Program-made: the position numbers and the translations under genes
Shown here: in pieces, positions 39,110-49,660 of the stretch
How the letters are laid out: the number at the start of each line of letters is the position of its first letter
Position numbering within the stretch: position 1 is the first letter of the stretch
The notes under the pieces: generated by a model
What the model saw: the letters and a program-made list of their open reading frames with translations, nothing else
What the model was told of the DNA's origin: nothing
Databases searched by the model: none
Source of the DNA: Gammaproteobacteria bacterium
GTDB lineage: Bacteria; Pseudomonadota; Gammaproteobacteria; S144-34
Assembly (NCBI GenBank): GCA_026989495.1
Contig: JALSJE010000073.1
Location: 1-61,591 of the forward strand
Direction: 5' to 3'
Length of the DNA: 61,591 nt

Positions 39110-39376
39110 ATGGCGAAGGAGGTGATGCTCCTGGCCACGCGCCGGTGCAGCCACCGGCCCAACCTGGAGCGGGAGCTGCGCGAGCTCGGCGTGCCCTTCC
39201 GCACGTGCTTCGTCGAGGACGAGCCGGAGCTCGCCCGCCGGCTCGGCGTGCGCGGCTCGCCGTGCCTGGCCGTGGACGGACGCATCGTCTGCGTGGGCCA
39301 GCCCACCGAGGGGGAGCTGCGGGAGCTGCTGGCGCGCCATGGGTGCACGCCGGATGCCTCCCTGCCCGGCACTTAG
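39110..39376 (+). CDS. Small thioredoxin/glutaredoxin-like protein
   Basis: GGAGG RBS, CSH, GV..SP.L.VDG; no complete CxxC. Confidence 0.7.
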   Translation: MAKEVMLLATRRCSHRPNLERELRELGVPFRTCFVEDEPELARRLGVRGSPCLAVDGRIVCVGQPTEGELRELLARHGCTPDASLPGT

Positions 39377-40215
39377 CCGAAGAGCAGGGTGTGCGCCTCC
39401 TCGAGCCGCTCGCCGGCCTGGGCGAGCAGGGCCTCGGCCGATTCCTCCGGCAGGCCGAGCCGGCCCCAGGGGTCCTCGGCGAGCAGGGGCTGAGGCGGCG
39501 CCGGTGGCGGCTCGTCCCGGTGGGCGAGCACGTTGGCCAGGTGCGTGATGAGCGCGTCCTCGCGCCAGAGTTCCGGGGCGAGCTCAGGGGCATGGTGCCA
39601 GCGCGCCGCCACCACCAGCGGTTCCGGCAGCCGCCAGGCCTCCAGCAGGGCGCCGCCCACCTCGGCGTGGTCGAAGCCCAGGGCCTCGCGCTCGGCCTCC
39701 GGCAGGGGGATCTGCTCGTAGGTCGCGCGCGCAAGCGCGTGGCGGGCGAGCTCGGGCACGCGCCGGCAGAGCAGGAGCTTGCCCACGTCGTGGAGGAGGC
39801 CCGCCACGAAACGCGACTCCGCGGCGCCGTCCCGCCGGGCCTCGGCGATGCCGCGGGCCACCAGGCCCGCCGTCAGGCTGTGGCGCCAGAAGCGCTCCAT
39901 GTCCATGAGCTCGGGCGGTATGCCCTCGAAGATGCGCACCACCACGGTGGCGAGCGCCAGGTCGCGCAGCTCGCGGGTGCCCACCACGGCCACCGCGTGG
40001 CTTATGGTCTCGATGCGCGAGGGGAAGCCGTAGAAGGGGCTGTTGACGATGCGCAGGAGCCGGGCGGCGAGCCCGGCATCGGTCTCGATGACGCGGGCGA
40101 TGTCGCCGGTGGTGCTGCGCGGGTCCTCGACCAGGACGTTGAGCCGCACCAGGACCTCGGGGAGCGAGACCAGCTCCACGGTGCCCCGGACCAGCTCCGC
40201 GGCGGTGAGGCTCAC
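39373..40215 (-). CDS. HDOD-domain protein
   Basis: LVSLPEV, D.GLAARLLRIVNSPFYG, FWRHS, AGLLHDVGK, GFDHAEVG, WRLP. Confidence 0.92.
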   Translation of the reverse strand: MSLTAAELVRGTVELVSLPEVLVRLNVLVEDPRSTTGDIARVIETDAGLAARLLRIVNSPFYGFPSRIETISHAVAVVGTRELRDLALATVVVRIFEGIPPELMDMERFWRHSLTAGLVARGIAEARRDGAAESRFVAGLLHDVGKLLLCRRVPELARHALARATYEQIPLPEAEREALGFDHAEVGGALLEAWRLPEPLVVAARWHHAPELAPELWREDALITHLANVLAHRDEPPPAPPQPLLAEDPWGRLGLPEESAEALLAQAGERLEEAHTLLFG

Positions 40216-40431
40216 CCGCCGCCTCCTCCCTCGGTGGTGCCATCGTGCCGTGCCATCGGCGTTCCTGCCCGCGTGACCCCGGGCCACGCCATCCTCCTGG
40301 TTGTGGTGACTTTTGCGCCATTCTAGCCGGGGAGCCGGGGAGGGGCCAGGCGCGCTTGCCCGGCACACGACCCCGTGCCTATGCTGGGTGCGGGTGCGCC
40401 GCACCGCCGGCGCCCGTCCCGGGGAACCCGG

Positions 40432-41100
40432 ATGATCGCCCTGCCCGATGGCCTCCTGCCTGCGGCCTGGACCTGGACGGCGCTCGCCGCCTACGCGGCT
40501 GCGCTCGCCTGGGCCGTGCGGCGCGCACCCTGGACGCGGCTGCGCGACGGCGAGATGCAGCATGTCTTCCTGGGTGCCTCGGTGCTGCTCATGTTCCTCT
40601 GGACCCTGCGGGGGGCCGTGGCGCCCGGCCTCGGGGTCCATTTCCTCGGCGCCACGGTGCTGACGCTCATGTTCGGGCCCGAGCTCGCGCTCGTGGCCCT
40701 GGGGCTGGCGCTCGCGGGCTCGGTGCTCCAGGGCCTGGGCGGGTGGGGCACGCTGGGGGTCAATGGCCTGGTGGCGGGGGTGGTGCCGGTGGCGGTGAGC
40801 CAGGGCGTGCTGCGCCTCGTCGAGCGGCACCTGCCACCGCACCTGTTCGTCTACATCTTCCTGGCCGCCTTCTGGGGCGCGGCGCTGGCGATGGCGGCCA
40901 GCGTGATGGTGCAGGTGGGCGTGCTGGCGGCCGCAGGCGTCTATTCCCTCGGTGCGATGGCGGGCGAGTACCTGCCCTTCCTGCCGCTGCTGATGCTGCC
41001 CGAGGCCTTCCTGAACGGCGCGCTGGTCACGGCCCTCGTGGGAATGCGCCCGGGCTGGATCTGGACCTTCGACGACGCGCGCTATCTGCGCGGACGCTGA
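40432..41100 (+). CDS. CbiM-like ECF transporter S component
   Basis: HFLGATVLTLMFG, HLFVYIF, PEAFLNG, P.WI.TFDD..YL. Confidence 0.8.
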   Translation: MIALPDGLLPAAWTWTALAAYAAALAWAVRRAPWTRLRDGEMQHVFLGASVLLMFLWTLRGAVAPGLGVHFLGATVLTLMFGPELALVALGLALAGSVLQGLGGWGTLGVNGLVAGVVPVAVSQGVLRLVERHLPPHLFVYIFLAAFWGAALAMAASVMVQVGVLAAAGVYSLGAMAGEYLPFLPLLMLPEAFLNGALVTALVGMRPGWIWTFDDARYLRGR

Positions 41101-41110
41101 CCCGGATCAG
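41097..41110. promoter_or_regulatory. Weak FNR-like box (CTGACCCGGATCAG)
   Basis: Partial match upstream of cytochrome c5. Confidence 0.3.
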
Positions 41111-41260
41111 TTTGCGACGGCGCATCGTTCAGCTTTCGTTCAGCCCGGCTGTGCAAGATTTGCTCCTGACGGCGACGCTCTGACAGAATACGCGCCCGGT
41201 GCCGGCCGGCGTGCCGGCTGGGTGCAACCCCGGGGCCATACGAGCAATGGAGGAACGACA

Positions 41261-41581
41261 GTGAAGAGACGGCTGATCCTGGCTGGGGCAATCCTGGGGC
41301 TCGCTGCGGGCGGCCCGGCGATGGCCGGCGGCGCCGATCTCGCCGCGGGCAAGAAGGTCTATGACGAGGCGTGCTTCGCCTGCCACAGCACGGGTGCGGC
41401 GGGTGCGCCCAAGCTGGGCGACAAGGCGGCGTGGAAGGACCGCCTGGCGCAAGGGATGGATGCGCTGGTGGCGAACGCGATCAAGGGCAAGGGCGCCATG
41501 CCGCCCAAGGGCGGACGCATGGACCTCAGCGACGAGGCCATCCGCAACGCCGTCGCCTACATGGCCTCCCAGGCGAAGTAG
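41261..41581 (+). CDS. Cytochrome c5
   Basis: CFACH, GAPKLGDKAAW, GAMPPKGG. GGAGG RBS, GTG start. Confidence 0.93.
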   Translation: MKRRLILAGAILGLAAGGPAMAGGADLAAGKKVYDEACFACHSTGAAGAPKLGDKAAWKDRLAQGMDALVANAIKGKGAMPPKGGRMDLSDEAIRNAVAYMASQAK

Positions 41582-41691
41582 GCCGGCGGTTGGAGGCTGC
41601 TGGCTGGAGGGCGCGGGGCACGGGCTCCGCGCCCTCTTTCCGTCTGGAGGCTGAATCCCGGCGGGCGGTGGGACGTGCGCGCCGCCGGCTG

Positions 41692-42795
41692 TCAGGGGCG
41701 CCGCAGCGCGTGGCGCCAGGCCAGGAGCAGGGTCAGCAGCACCAGCGCACCCGCCTGGTGGGCCGAGGCCAGGGGCAGCGCCACGTAGCTCAGCAGCGTG
41801 GCGATGCCCAGCGCCACCTGCACAACGGCCATGCCGAATGTCAGATGGGCGAGCCACTGACCGCGGGCAGTGAGAGGCGCCTGGCGCGCGGCCGTCCACA
41901 GCCCCGCAACCAGGGCCAGCGTGGCGAGCGCGAGGGCCCGGTGGTCGAACTGCACCGCGGCCACGTTGTCCACGAGGTTGCGCCACCAGGGCTCGAGCGC
42001 CAGGTAGCCGGGCGGGATCCATTGCCCCGCCATGAGGGGGAAGGTGTTGAACGCATAGCCCGCGCGCAGCCCCGCCACCAGCCCGCCCGAGAGCAGGGTC
42101 ACGAAGGCGAGACCGACCGCCACGGAGACGCCCCGGCGCAGGCGCGGGGCGTCACGCTCGAGCGCAGGATGCGGCCACAGCAGGCCGAGCAGGATCCACA
42201 CCATGAAGCCGTAGATGAGGACGGCGAGCCCCAGGTGGGCCGTCAGCCGCAGGTGGCTCACGCGCGGGACGTCCACCAGCCCGCTCTTGACCATGTACCA
42301 GCCGAGCAGCCCCTGCAGGCCTCCCAGGACGAACAGGCCCCCCAGCTTCCAGGCGAGCGGACGATCGATGCGGCCGCGCGCCACGAACCAGACCAGCGGC
42401 AGCAGGAAGACGATGCCGATGACCCGCCCCAGCACGCGGTGGGCGTACTCCACGTAGTAGATGCGCTTGAATCCCGCCAGGTCCATACCGCGGTTGACGA
42501 GCCGGTACTCCGGGGAGGCGCGGTACTTGGCGAAGACCTCCTCCCACTCGGTCTGGTTCAGCGGTGGGATGATGCCGAAGATGGGATCCCACTCCACCAT
42601 GGAGAGGCCGGAGCCCGTCAGCCGCGTGATGCCGCCCAGCACCACCATGGCGAAGACCAGCGCCGCACACAGCCCGAGCCACAGGGCCACCGCTCGCCGG
42701 CCGGGAGGGGCGGGCGCTTCCGTGGCGGGGGCGTGAAGGGCGGGTGGCGGGGTCAAGGTTCGGTTTCGCGTTCGGGACGTGGGCAAGGCGGCCAT
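41692..42795 (-). CDS. ctaA: Heme A synthase (Cox15/CtaA, Cys-less type)
   Basis: GGITRLTGSGLSM.EW, EYAHR, QGLLGWYMVKSGL, RLTAHL, FDHR, HQ. Confidence 0.93.
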   Translation of the reverse strand: MAALPTSRTRNRTLTPPPALHAPATEAPAPPGRRAVALWLGLCAALVFAMVVLGGITRLTGSGLSMVEWDPIFGIIPPLNQTEWEEVFAKYRASPEYRLVNRGMDLAGFKRIYYVEYAHRVLGRVIGIVFLLPLVWFVARGRIDRPLAWKLGGLFVLGGLQGLLGWYMVKSGLVDVPRVSHLRLTAHLGLAVLIYGFMVWILLGLLWPHPALERDAPRLRRGVSVAVGLAFVTLLSGGLVAGLRAGYAFNTFPLMAGQWIPPGYLALEPWWRNLVDNVAAVQFDHRALALATLALVAGLWTAARQAPLTARGQWLAHLTFGMAVVQVALGIATLLSYVALPLASAHQAGALVLLTLLLAWRHALRRP

Positions 42796-42951
42796 GGAGG
42801 CCGTCGTGGAGGTATCCCGCCGCGCCCGCCGCACGTGGCCGGGCGGGCCTGCGGGACGGCCCCTATTTTGCCCTGCTCGTGGGCGGGGGGCAAAAGCCGC
42901 GCACCGGGCATGCTTGCGCCGTGCCGCCGCGGCCGTTACCGTGCGGCGGCC

Positions 42952-43605
42952 ATGGCAGCGTCGGGACAGGCCCTCGGCGGCGGCCGCCTGGAGGCGGCGG
43001 GGCTCGCATGCGTGCGCGGGGGTCGGGTGCTCTTCCGCGACCTGGACCTCGCCGTCACCGCTGGGCGCATGCTGCTCGTCGAGGGGCCCAACGGCAGCGG
43101 CAAGACCACGCTCCTTCGCGTGCTGTGCGGGCTGCGCGAGCCCGAGGCAGGGGAGGTGCGATGGAACGGCCGGCCCCTGCGCCGGTGGGGGCCCGCCTTC
43201 CGGGCCGCAGTGGCCTACGTGGGCCATGCGCCGGGGCTCAAGGACGACCTCACCGCCGTCGAGAACCTCCGCATGGCCGCGGCCCTGGGCGGTCACGCCC
43301 CCGCCATGCCCCCCGGGGAGGCGCTCGAGCGGGTGGGGCTGTCCGATCGCGCCCAGGTGCGGGCGGGCGCGCTCTCGGCCGGCCAGCGCCGCCGGCTGGG
43401 GCTGGCGCGCCTGCTGGTGCGCCCCGCCGTTCTGTGGGTGCTGGACGAGCCGCTCAGCGCGGTGGACCGGGCGGGCGAGCGTCTGGTGGCGGGGCTGCTC
43501 GCCGCCCATCTCGCCGCGGGCGGCCTGGCGGTGGTGACCAGCCACGCCCCCATCGGGGTGGAGCCCGGTCGTGTGGCGACCTTGCGGCTGGGGGCGGCGC
43601 CGTGA
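42952..43605 (+). CDS. ccmA: Heme ABC exporter ATPase
   Basis: GPNGSGKT, LSAGQRRR, WVLDEP. Confidence 0.94.
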   Translation: MAASGQALGGGRLEAAGLACVRGGRVLFRDLDLAVTAGRMLLVEGPNGSGKTTLLRVLCGLREPEAGEVRWNGRPLRRWGPAFRAAVAYVGHAPGLKDDLTAVENLRMAAALGGHAPAMPPGEALERVGLSDRAQVRAGALSAGQRRRLGLARLLVRPAVLWVLDEPLSAVDRAGERLVAGLLAAHLAAGGLAVVTSHAPIGVEPGRVATLRLGAAP

Positions 43606-44288
43606 GCGTCGAGGCTTCGGCGGGTTCGGCCTTCGCGGCGCTGGTGCGCCGCGACCTGCTCCTCGCCTGGCGCCGCCGCGGCGACCGGCTGGTGCCGCTC
43701 GCCTTCTTCGTGATGGTGGCGGCCCTCTTCCCGCTGGGTATTGGTCCCGAACGGGCGGTGCTGTCCGGCATAGCCCCGGGGGTGGTATGGGCAGGGGCGG
43801 TGCTGGCCACCCTCCTCGGCATGGACGCGCTGTTCCGATCCGACCTCGAGGACGGCACCCTGGAGCAGCTGCTGCTTTCGCCCCTGCCCGCGCCGGTGCT
43901 GGTGCTGGCCAAGGTGCTGGCCCACTGGCTGGCCACGGGGCTGCCCCTGGTGCTGGCCGGGCCGGTGCTGGGCGCCGCGCTCCACCTCCCCGCAGCGGCC
44001 CAGCCGGCGCTGGTGGGCGGCCTCCTGCTGGGCACCCCCGCCCTGAGCCTGGTGGGCGCGGTGGGGGCGGCGCTCACGGTGGGCCTGCGCCGGGGCGGGA
44101 TGCTGCTGCCGGTGCTGCTGCTGCCGCTGTACGTCCCGGTGCTGGCCTTCGGGGCGGGCGCGGTGGCCGCGGCGGCCTCGGGCCTGTCGGCGGCGGGCCA
44201 CCTGTATGCCCTGGGTGCGGTGCTGGCGCTGGCGGTGACGCTGGCGCCCGTGGGTGCGGCCGCGGGGCTGCGGGTGAGCGTGGCCTGA
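43602..44288 (+). CDS. ccmB: Heme exporter permease
   Basis: LFPLGIGP, DLEDGTLEQLLL, KVLAHW, LPLYVPVL. Confidence 0.94.
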   Translation: MSVEASAGSAFAALVRRDLLLAWRRRGDRLVPLAFFVMVAALFPLGIGPERAVLSGIAPGVVWAGAVLATLLGMDALFRSDLEDGTLEQLLLSPLPAPVLVLAKVLAHWLATGLPLVLAGPVLGAALHLPAAAQPALVGGLLLGTPALSLVGAVGAALTVGLRRGGMLLPVLLLPLYVPVLAFGAGAVAAAASGLSAAGHLYALGAVLALAVTLAPVGAAAGLRVSVA

Positions 44289-44375
44289 TCCGGCCGGAAA
44301 GGCGACAATGTGGCATCCGGGGCCGCGGTCCAGGCGGGGAACCTATACCCGCCGCGGGCATCTGAGGAGAACGGT

Positions 44376-45092
44376 ATGGTGGCACACCTGCTCACACCCC
44401 AGGGGCTCGACGGCTTCGCTGCGCGGTGGGCGCCCCGCCTGCTGTGGACGGCGGGCCTGATGATCGCGGCAGGCCTCTACGGTGGGCTGGTGCTCGCGCC
44501 GGTCGACGAGGAGCAGGGGGAGGCCTACCGCATCATCTATGTCCATGTGCCGGCGGCATGGCTCTCGCTCTACGGCTACATGGCGATGGCGGCCGCCGGT
44601 GCGGTGGCTCTCATCTGGCGCATCCGCGTGGCCGAGGTCCTGCTGGGGGCGGCCGCGCCGGTGGGAGCGGCCTTCACGGCGCTCGCGCTCGCCACGGGCG
44701 CCATCTGGGGCAAGCCCATGTGGGGCACCTGGTGGGTATGGGACGCACGCCTCACATCGGAGCTCATCCTGCTTTTCCTCTACATCGGCGTGATGGCGTT
44801 GCGGTCGGCCGCCGAGGATCCCCGCGCGGGGGCACGCGCCGCGGCCATCCTGGCGCTGGCCGGGGTGGTGAACGTGCCGATAATCCATTTCTCGGTGGAA
44901 TGGTGGAACACCCTGCACCAGGGCCCCACAGTGACCCGGCTGGCCGCACCGGCCATCCATCCAGCGATGCTGGTGCCGTTGCTGCTGATGGCGGCGGCGT
45001 TCATGGTCTATCACGCCGGGGCCGTGCTGCTGCGGGTGCGCTGCCTGCTGGCCGTCGAGCCGGCCGCGGCCCTTGCGGAGGAGCGCGCATGA
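44376..45092 (+). CDS. ccmC: Heme exporter CcmC
   Basis: [30 protein letters not shown]. Confidence 0.96.
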   Translation: MVAHLLTPQGLDGFAARWAPRLLWTAGLMIAAGLYGGLVLAPVDEEQGEAYRIIYVHVPAAWLSLYGYMAMAAAGAVALIWRIRVAEVLLGAAAPVGAAFTALALATGAIWGKPMWGTWWVWDARLTSELILLFLYIGVMALRSAAEDPRAGARAAAILALAGVVNVPIIHFSVEWWNTLHQGPTVTRLAAPAIHPAMLVPLLLMAAAFMVYHAGAVLLRVRCLLAVEPAAALAEERA

Positions 45093-45223
45093 GCCTACTG
45101 GACTTCCTCTCCATGGGGGGATATGGCGCCTACGTCTGGAGCGCCTATGCGCTGATGGTGGCGGTGCTGGCCTGGAACGTCGCGGCGCCGCTCGTCTGCC
45201 TGCGCCGCCGGAGGCGGCCATGA
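45089..45223 (+). CDS. ccmD: CcmD
   Basis: [12 protein letters not shown] with a basic tail. Confidence 0.9.
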   Translation: MSLLDFLSMGGYGAYVWSAYALMVAVLAWNVAAPLVCLRRRRRP

Positions 45224-45705
45224 GCGTGGCGCTGCCGCACATGCCCCGCGGAGCCCGCCGCCGCGCCATGGGCGTGCTGGCGCTGCTCGTCGGGGTGGGC
45301 GTTGCGGTCGCGCTCGCGCTGCTCGCCCTGCGGGAGAACATCAACCTTTTCTACAGCCCGAGCGAGGTGGCCGCGGGCGAGGCACCCACGGGCCGCGTGG
45401 TGCGCGTCGGCGGGCTCGTGCAGGCGGGAAGCGTGAGGCGTGCCGAGGAGGGGCTTGACGTGGAGTTCGTGCTCACCGACGGAGCGGCCACCGTGACGGT
45501 GCGCTACCGCGGGATCCTGCCCGATCTCTTCCGCGAGGGGCAGGGCATCGTCGCCCAGGGGCGGCTCGGGCCGGAGGGGGTGCTGGTCGCCGACCAGGTG
45601 CTCGCCAAGCACGACGAGAACTACATGCCGCCCGAGGTCGCCGACGCGCTGCGCGAGGCACATGAGCGCAGCGTGCGTGGCGCCGCCCCGGGAGGTGCGC
45701 CGTGA
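45220..45705 (+). CDS. ccmE: Heme chaperone CcmE
   Basis: [20 protein letters not shown]. Confidence 0.96.
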   Translation: MSVALPHMPRGARRRAMGVLALLVGVGVAVALALLALRENINLFYSPSEVAAGEAPTGRVVRVGGLVQAGSVRRAEEGLDVEFVLTDGAATVTVRYRGILPDLFREGQGIVAQGRLGPEGVLVADQVLAKHDENYMPPEVADALREAHERSVRGAAPGGAP

Positions 45706-47675
45706 CCGCCGAGCTCGGGCACCTCGCGCTGGCACTGGCGCTGGCCCTGGCGGCGCTCCAGGCCGTGCTCGGCCTGGGCGGCGGTGCCCGGGGCGATGCG
45801 GCCTGGATCGCTGGCGCGCTCGGTGCGGCCCGGGGCCAGGCGCTGCTGACGGTGATCGCCTTCGCCGCCCTCACCTGGGCGGCGGTGCGAAGCGACTTCA
45901 CGCTGCTCTACCTGGCGCAGAATTCCAACAGCCAGCTTCCCCTGCTCTACAAGATCACGGGGGTGTGGGGCGCCCACGAGGGCTCGCTCCTGCTGTGGGG
46001 CATGGTGCTCGCCCTGTGGGGCGCCGCGGTGGCCATCCAGGGCCGACGCGCCCTGCCGGCCGCCTTCCTCGCCCGCCTGGTCGGTGTGCTCGGCCTGGTG
46101 GGCACGGGGTTCCTCGCCTTCCTCCTGCTCACATCCAACCCCTTCGAGCGGCTGTGGCCGCCGCCCCCCGAAGGTCGCGATCTCAACCCTCTGCTGCAGG
46201 ATCCCGGCCTCGCGGCGCATCCGCCCCTGCTCTACATGGGGTATGTGGGGCTGGCCGTGCCCTTTGCCTTCGCCGTGGCGGCGCTGCTCGAAGGGCGCAT
46301 GGAAGCGGCCTGGCTGCGCTGGGCGCGCCCGTGGGCGGCGGTGGCCTGGGTGTTTCTCACCCTCGGCATCGCCATCGGGAGCTGGTGGGCCTACTACGAG
46401 CTGGGTTGGGGCGGCTGGTGGTTCTGGGATCCCGTCGAGAACGCCTCGCTCATGCCCTGGCTCGTCGCCACCGCGCTCATCCATTCGCTGGCCGTGAGCG
46501 AGAAGCGCGGGGCCTTCAAGGGCTGGACCGTGCTGCTCGCCGTGCTCGCCTTCGCGCTGAGCCTGCTCGGCACCTTCCTCGTGCGCTCGGGCGTGCTCAC
46601 CTCCGTCCATGCCTTCGCGAGCGACCCCACGCGCGGGGTCTTCATACTGGTGCTCCTGCTGGCGGTGGTGGGGGGATCGCTTCTCCTCTATGCCCTGCGG
46701 GGCGAGCGGCTGGGTGTGTCCGACGTCCGCTTCGCCCCGGTCTCGCGCGAGGGTGCCCTGCTCGCCAACAACGCGCTCCTGCTCGCGGCGGCCGGCGCGG
46801 TGCTGATCGGCACACTCTATCCGCTCGTGCTCGAGGCCCTGGGCGGAGCAAAGATCTCCGTCGGTCCACCCTATTTCAACGCGGTCTTCCTTCCCCTGGT
46901 GGCGCCCCTGGTGGCGCTGACGGCCGTGGCGGGCGTCCTGCGATGGAAACGCGACGCGGTGGGGCGCCTCGCACGGCTGCTCTGGCCGGCGGGTCTTGCC
47001 GCTCTCGGCGCCGGCGCAGCCGCCGTCCCGGCCGCGCGGGCGCATCTGGCAGCCGCCGCGGGGGTGGCGCTTGCCGCTTGGCTCGCCGGCGGGATCGCCG
47101 TCGCCCTCTGGCAGCGGGCGCGTCACCAGGGTCTGCGTGGGCTCGCGCGGATGGGCCGGGCGGAGGCCGGCATGCATCTCGCCCATCTCGGGCTCGCCGT
47201 CACGGTGGTGGGGGTGAGCCTGGCCGGGCCGCTCGAGCTGGCGCGCGACGTGCGCATGGGAGCGGGCGATGCGGTACGTCTCGGCGGCTACCTTTTCCGG
47301 CTCGAGGGCTTCACGCGGGTGCAGGGCCCGAACTACGAGGGCGTACGCGCACGGTTCCGGGTGCTCGACGGCGATGGTCGCATGGTCGCCCGCCTCTTCC
47401 CGGAGAAGCGCCGCTACGGCTCGCGCACCGACATGCCGATGACGGAGGCCGGCATCGAGGCCGGTGCCTTCCGCGATCTCTACGTCTCGCTCGGCGAGCC
47501 CATCGGGAAGACGGGGGACTGGGCGGTGCGGGTGCACGTGAAGCCCTTCGTCCGCTGGGTATGGGGGGGCGCGCTGCTGATGGCACTGGGTGGGCTGTGG
47601 GCCGCCTCCGACCGGCGCTACCGCATGGGCGTGCGCCTGCGACGTGCGGCCGTCGCCGTGGAGGAACCGGCCTGA
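45702..47675 (+). CDS. ccmF: Cytochrome c heme lyase CcmF
   Basis: [37 protein letters not shown]. Confidence 0.97.
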   Translation: MTAELGHLALALALALAALQAVLGLGGGARGDAAWIAGALGAARGQALLTVIAFAALTWAAVRSDFTLLYLAQNSNSQLPLLYKITGVWGAHEGSLLLWGMVLALWGAAVAIQGRRALPAAFLARLVGVLGLVGTGFLAFLLLTSNPFERLWPPPPEGRDLNPLLQDPGLAAHPPLLYMGYVGLAVPFAFAVAALLEGRMEAAWLRWARPWAAVAWVFLTLGIAIGSWWAYYELGWGGWWFWDPVENASLMPWLVATALIHSLAVSEKRGAFKGWTVLLAVLAFALSLLGTFLVRSGVLTSVHAFASDPTRGVFILVLLLAVVGGSLLLYALRGERLGVSDVRFAPVSREGALLANNALLLAAAGAVLIGTLYPLVLEALGGAKISVGPPYFNAVFLPLVAPLVALTAVAGVLRWKRDAVGRLARLLWPAGLAALGAGAAAVPAARAHLAAAAGVALAAWLAGGIAVALWQRARHQGLRGLARMGRAEAGMHLAHLGLAVTVVGVSLAGPLELARDVRMGAGDAVRLGGYLFRLEGFTRVQGPNYEGVRARFRVLDGDGRMVARLFPEKRRYGSRTDMPMTEAGIEAGAFRDLYVSLGEPIGKTGDWAVRVHVKPFVRWVWGGALLMALGGLWAASDRRYRMGVRLRRAAVAVEEPA

Positions 47676-47721
47676 TGGGCGCCGATACGTGGCCTCACCG
47701 GTCGCCGAGGAGGCGGGTGCC

Positions 47722-48276
47722 GTGAGGTTGGGCCCGCACCTGCGCTACGGTCTGCCCCTGCTGGTCTTCGCCGCCCTGGCGGCGCTGCTCTGGCAGGGGC
47801 TCGGGCGCGACCCCAGGCTGGTTCCCTCTCCCCTGGTGGGCAAGCCCGCGCCTGCCTTCAGCCTCCCTTCCCTGCGCGAGCCATCGCGCGTGGTGGGCAC
47901 CGACGATCTCCGTGGCCGCGTGGCCCTGCTCAACGTGTGGGCGAGCTGGTGCACCGCCTGCCGTCAGGAGCATCCGCTGCTGATGCGTGTGGCGCGGGAG
48001 GAGAAGGTGCCCATCTATGGCCTCAACTACAAGGACCGCCGCGAGGATGCGCTGCGCTGGCTCGACGGGCTGGGCGACCCCTATGTGTGGAGCGCGCACG
48101 ATCTCGAGGGCAGGGTCGGCATCGACTGGGGTGTCTATGGGGTGCCGGAGACGTTCGTCATCGATCGGCGGGGCGTGATCCGCTACAAGCACATCGGCCC
48201 GATCGACGAGCGGGCCTGGCGCGAGCGCATCGCGCCCCTGCTGGCCGAGCTGCGCCGCGAGGAGGCCGCACCGTGA
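47722..48276 (+). CDS. ccmG: Thiol:disulfide oxidoreductase CcmG/DsbE
   Basis: WASWCTAC, GVYGVPETF. Confidence 0.95.
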   Translation: MRLGPHLRYGLPLLVFAALAALLWQGLGRDPRLVPSPLVGKPAPAFSLPSLREPSRVVGTDDLRGRVALLNVWASWCTACRQEHPLLMRVAREEKVPIYGLNYKDRREDALRWLDGLGDPYVWSAHDLEGRVGIDWGVYGVPETFVIDRRGVIRYKHIGPIDERAWRERIAPLLAELRREEAAP

Positions 48277-48770
48277 GACGGCCCCGGCGGGGAGCGGCGC
48301 TGGCGGCCGTGGCGCTCTTCTGGGCGGGGGCGCTGCCTGGGGCGATCGAGCCCCGAGACTTCCCCACCGCCGAGCAGGATGCGCTCTATCACGAGCTCAT
48401 AGAGGAGCTGCGCTGCCTGGTGTGCCAGAACCAGAACCTGGCCGAGTCGAACGCACCGCTCGCCAAGGACCTGCGTGACGAGATCGCCGCCATGGTGACG
48501 GCCGGCAAGGGCCGCGAGGAGGTGGTGGCGTTCCTGGTCGCGCGTTACGGTGACTTCGTCCTCTACCGCCCGCCGTTGCGGCCCGATACCTGGCTGCTGT
48601 GGGCAGGCCCCTTCGTCCTCCTGGTGGCCGGGATTGGCGCCCTGGCGCTGGTGCTGCGGCGCCGCTCGACCGCCGCCGGCGCTCCGGCGCCCGACCCGGG
48701 CAGCCTCGAGCGCGCGCGGGCGCTCCTGCGCGGGTCTGCGCCGGATACCACCGAAGGCGGGCCACGGTGA
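48273..48770 (+). CDS. ccmH: CcmH
   Basis: LRCLVCQNQ, RYGDFVLYRPP. Confidence 0.95.
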   Translation: MRRPRRGAALAAVALFWAGALPGAIEPRDFPTAEQDALYHELIEELRCLVCQNQNLAESNAPLAKDLRDEIAAMVTAGKGREEVVAFLVARYGDFVLYRPPLRPDTWLLWAGPFVLLVAGIGALALVLRRRSTAAGAPAPDPGSLERARALLRGSAPDTTEGGPR

Positions 48771-49660
48771 GCACCGCGGTCTTCTACGTTCTCGCCGCCG
48801 CGCTCGCGGCGGGGGCGGCGGCGACGGCCCTGGCTCCCCTCCTGCGGGCGCGGCACGGCGGGGCAGACCACCTGGACTCGCGGGCCCGGGCCCACCGCCG
48901 CCGGCTGGCCGAACTGGACGCCGAACACCGCGCCGGCCTGCTCTCGGCCCAGGACCATGCCGAGGCGAGGCGGGAAGTGGAAGCGGCGCTCGCGCGCGAG
49001 CTTGAGGCTGGCGAGGGCCCGGCACCATCCCGCCGGGGGCGGGCTGCCGCGGCAGCACTCGTCGCGGTCGCCCTCGCGGGAGGAATGGCTCTCTACGGCT
49101 GGCTGGGGCGTCCCGACCTCGCCGATCCCTCGCTCGCGGGACGCCTGCCGACGCCCGAGGCGCCGCCGCCCTCCGTCGAGGCCATGGTGGCACGGCTCGA
49201 GGCGCGGCTCAGAGAGCGACCCGAGGACGCGCAGGGCTGGATGATGCTCGGCCGCTCCTACCGGGTCCTGGGGCGGGCCGGAGATGCCGCGCGCGCCTAT
49301 GGCGAGGCCCTCCGGCGGGTGGAGGCCCCGTCTGCGGACCTGCTCGTGGCCTATGCAGAGGCACGCATCCTCGCGGCGGAGGGACAGGTGGACGGGCAGG
49401 CCGCCGGGGCGCTCTCCCGCGCCCTCACCCTGGAGCCGGATCACGCGCTGGGGCTGTGGCTCGACGGGCTCGCCGCCTTCCAGCGCGGCGACTACGCGCG
49501 AGCGCTCGCGCGCTGGGAGCGTGTGCTGAACACCGGCGGGGCTGCCGATCCCCGGGTGGAGTCCATGCTGCGCGAGCAGATCGCCGAGGCGCGCCGCCGC
49601 CTCGACGGCGCCGGCGCCTCATCGGCGCCGGCCGATGGCCAGCCCGAGCAGGAAAAGTAG
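48767..49660 (+). CDS. ccmI: CcmI/CycH TPR protein
   Basis: Two TM helices followed by TPR repeats (GWMMLGRSY, YAEA, A..RW). Confidence 0.9.
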   Translation: MSTAVFYVLAAALAAGAAATALAPLLRARHGGADHLDSRARAHRRRLAELDAEHRAGLLSAQDHAEARREVEAALARELEAGEGPAPSRRGRAAAAALVAVALAGGMALYGWLGRPDLADPSLAGRLPTPEAPPPSVEAMVARLEARLRERPEDAQGWMMLGRSYRVLGRAGDAARAYGEALRRVEAPSADLLVAYAEARILAAEGQVDGQAAGALSRALTLEPDHALGLWLDGLAAFQRGDYARALARWERVLNTGGAADPRVESMLREQIAEARRRLDGAGASSAPADGQPEQEK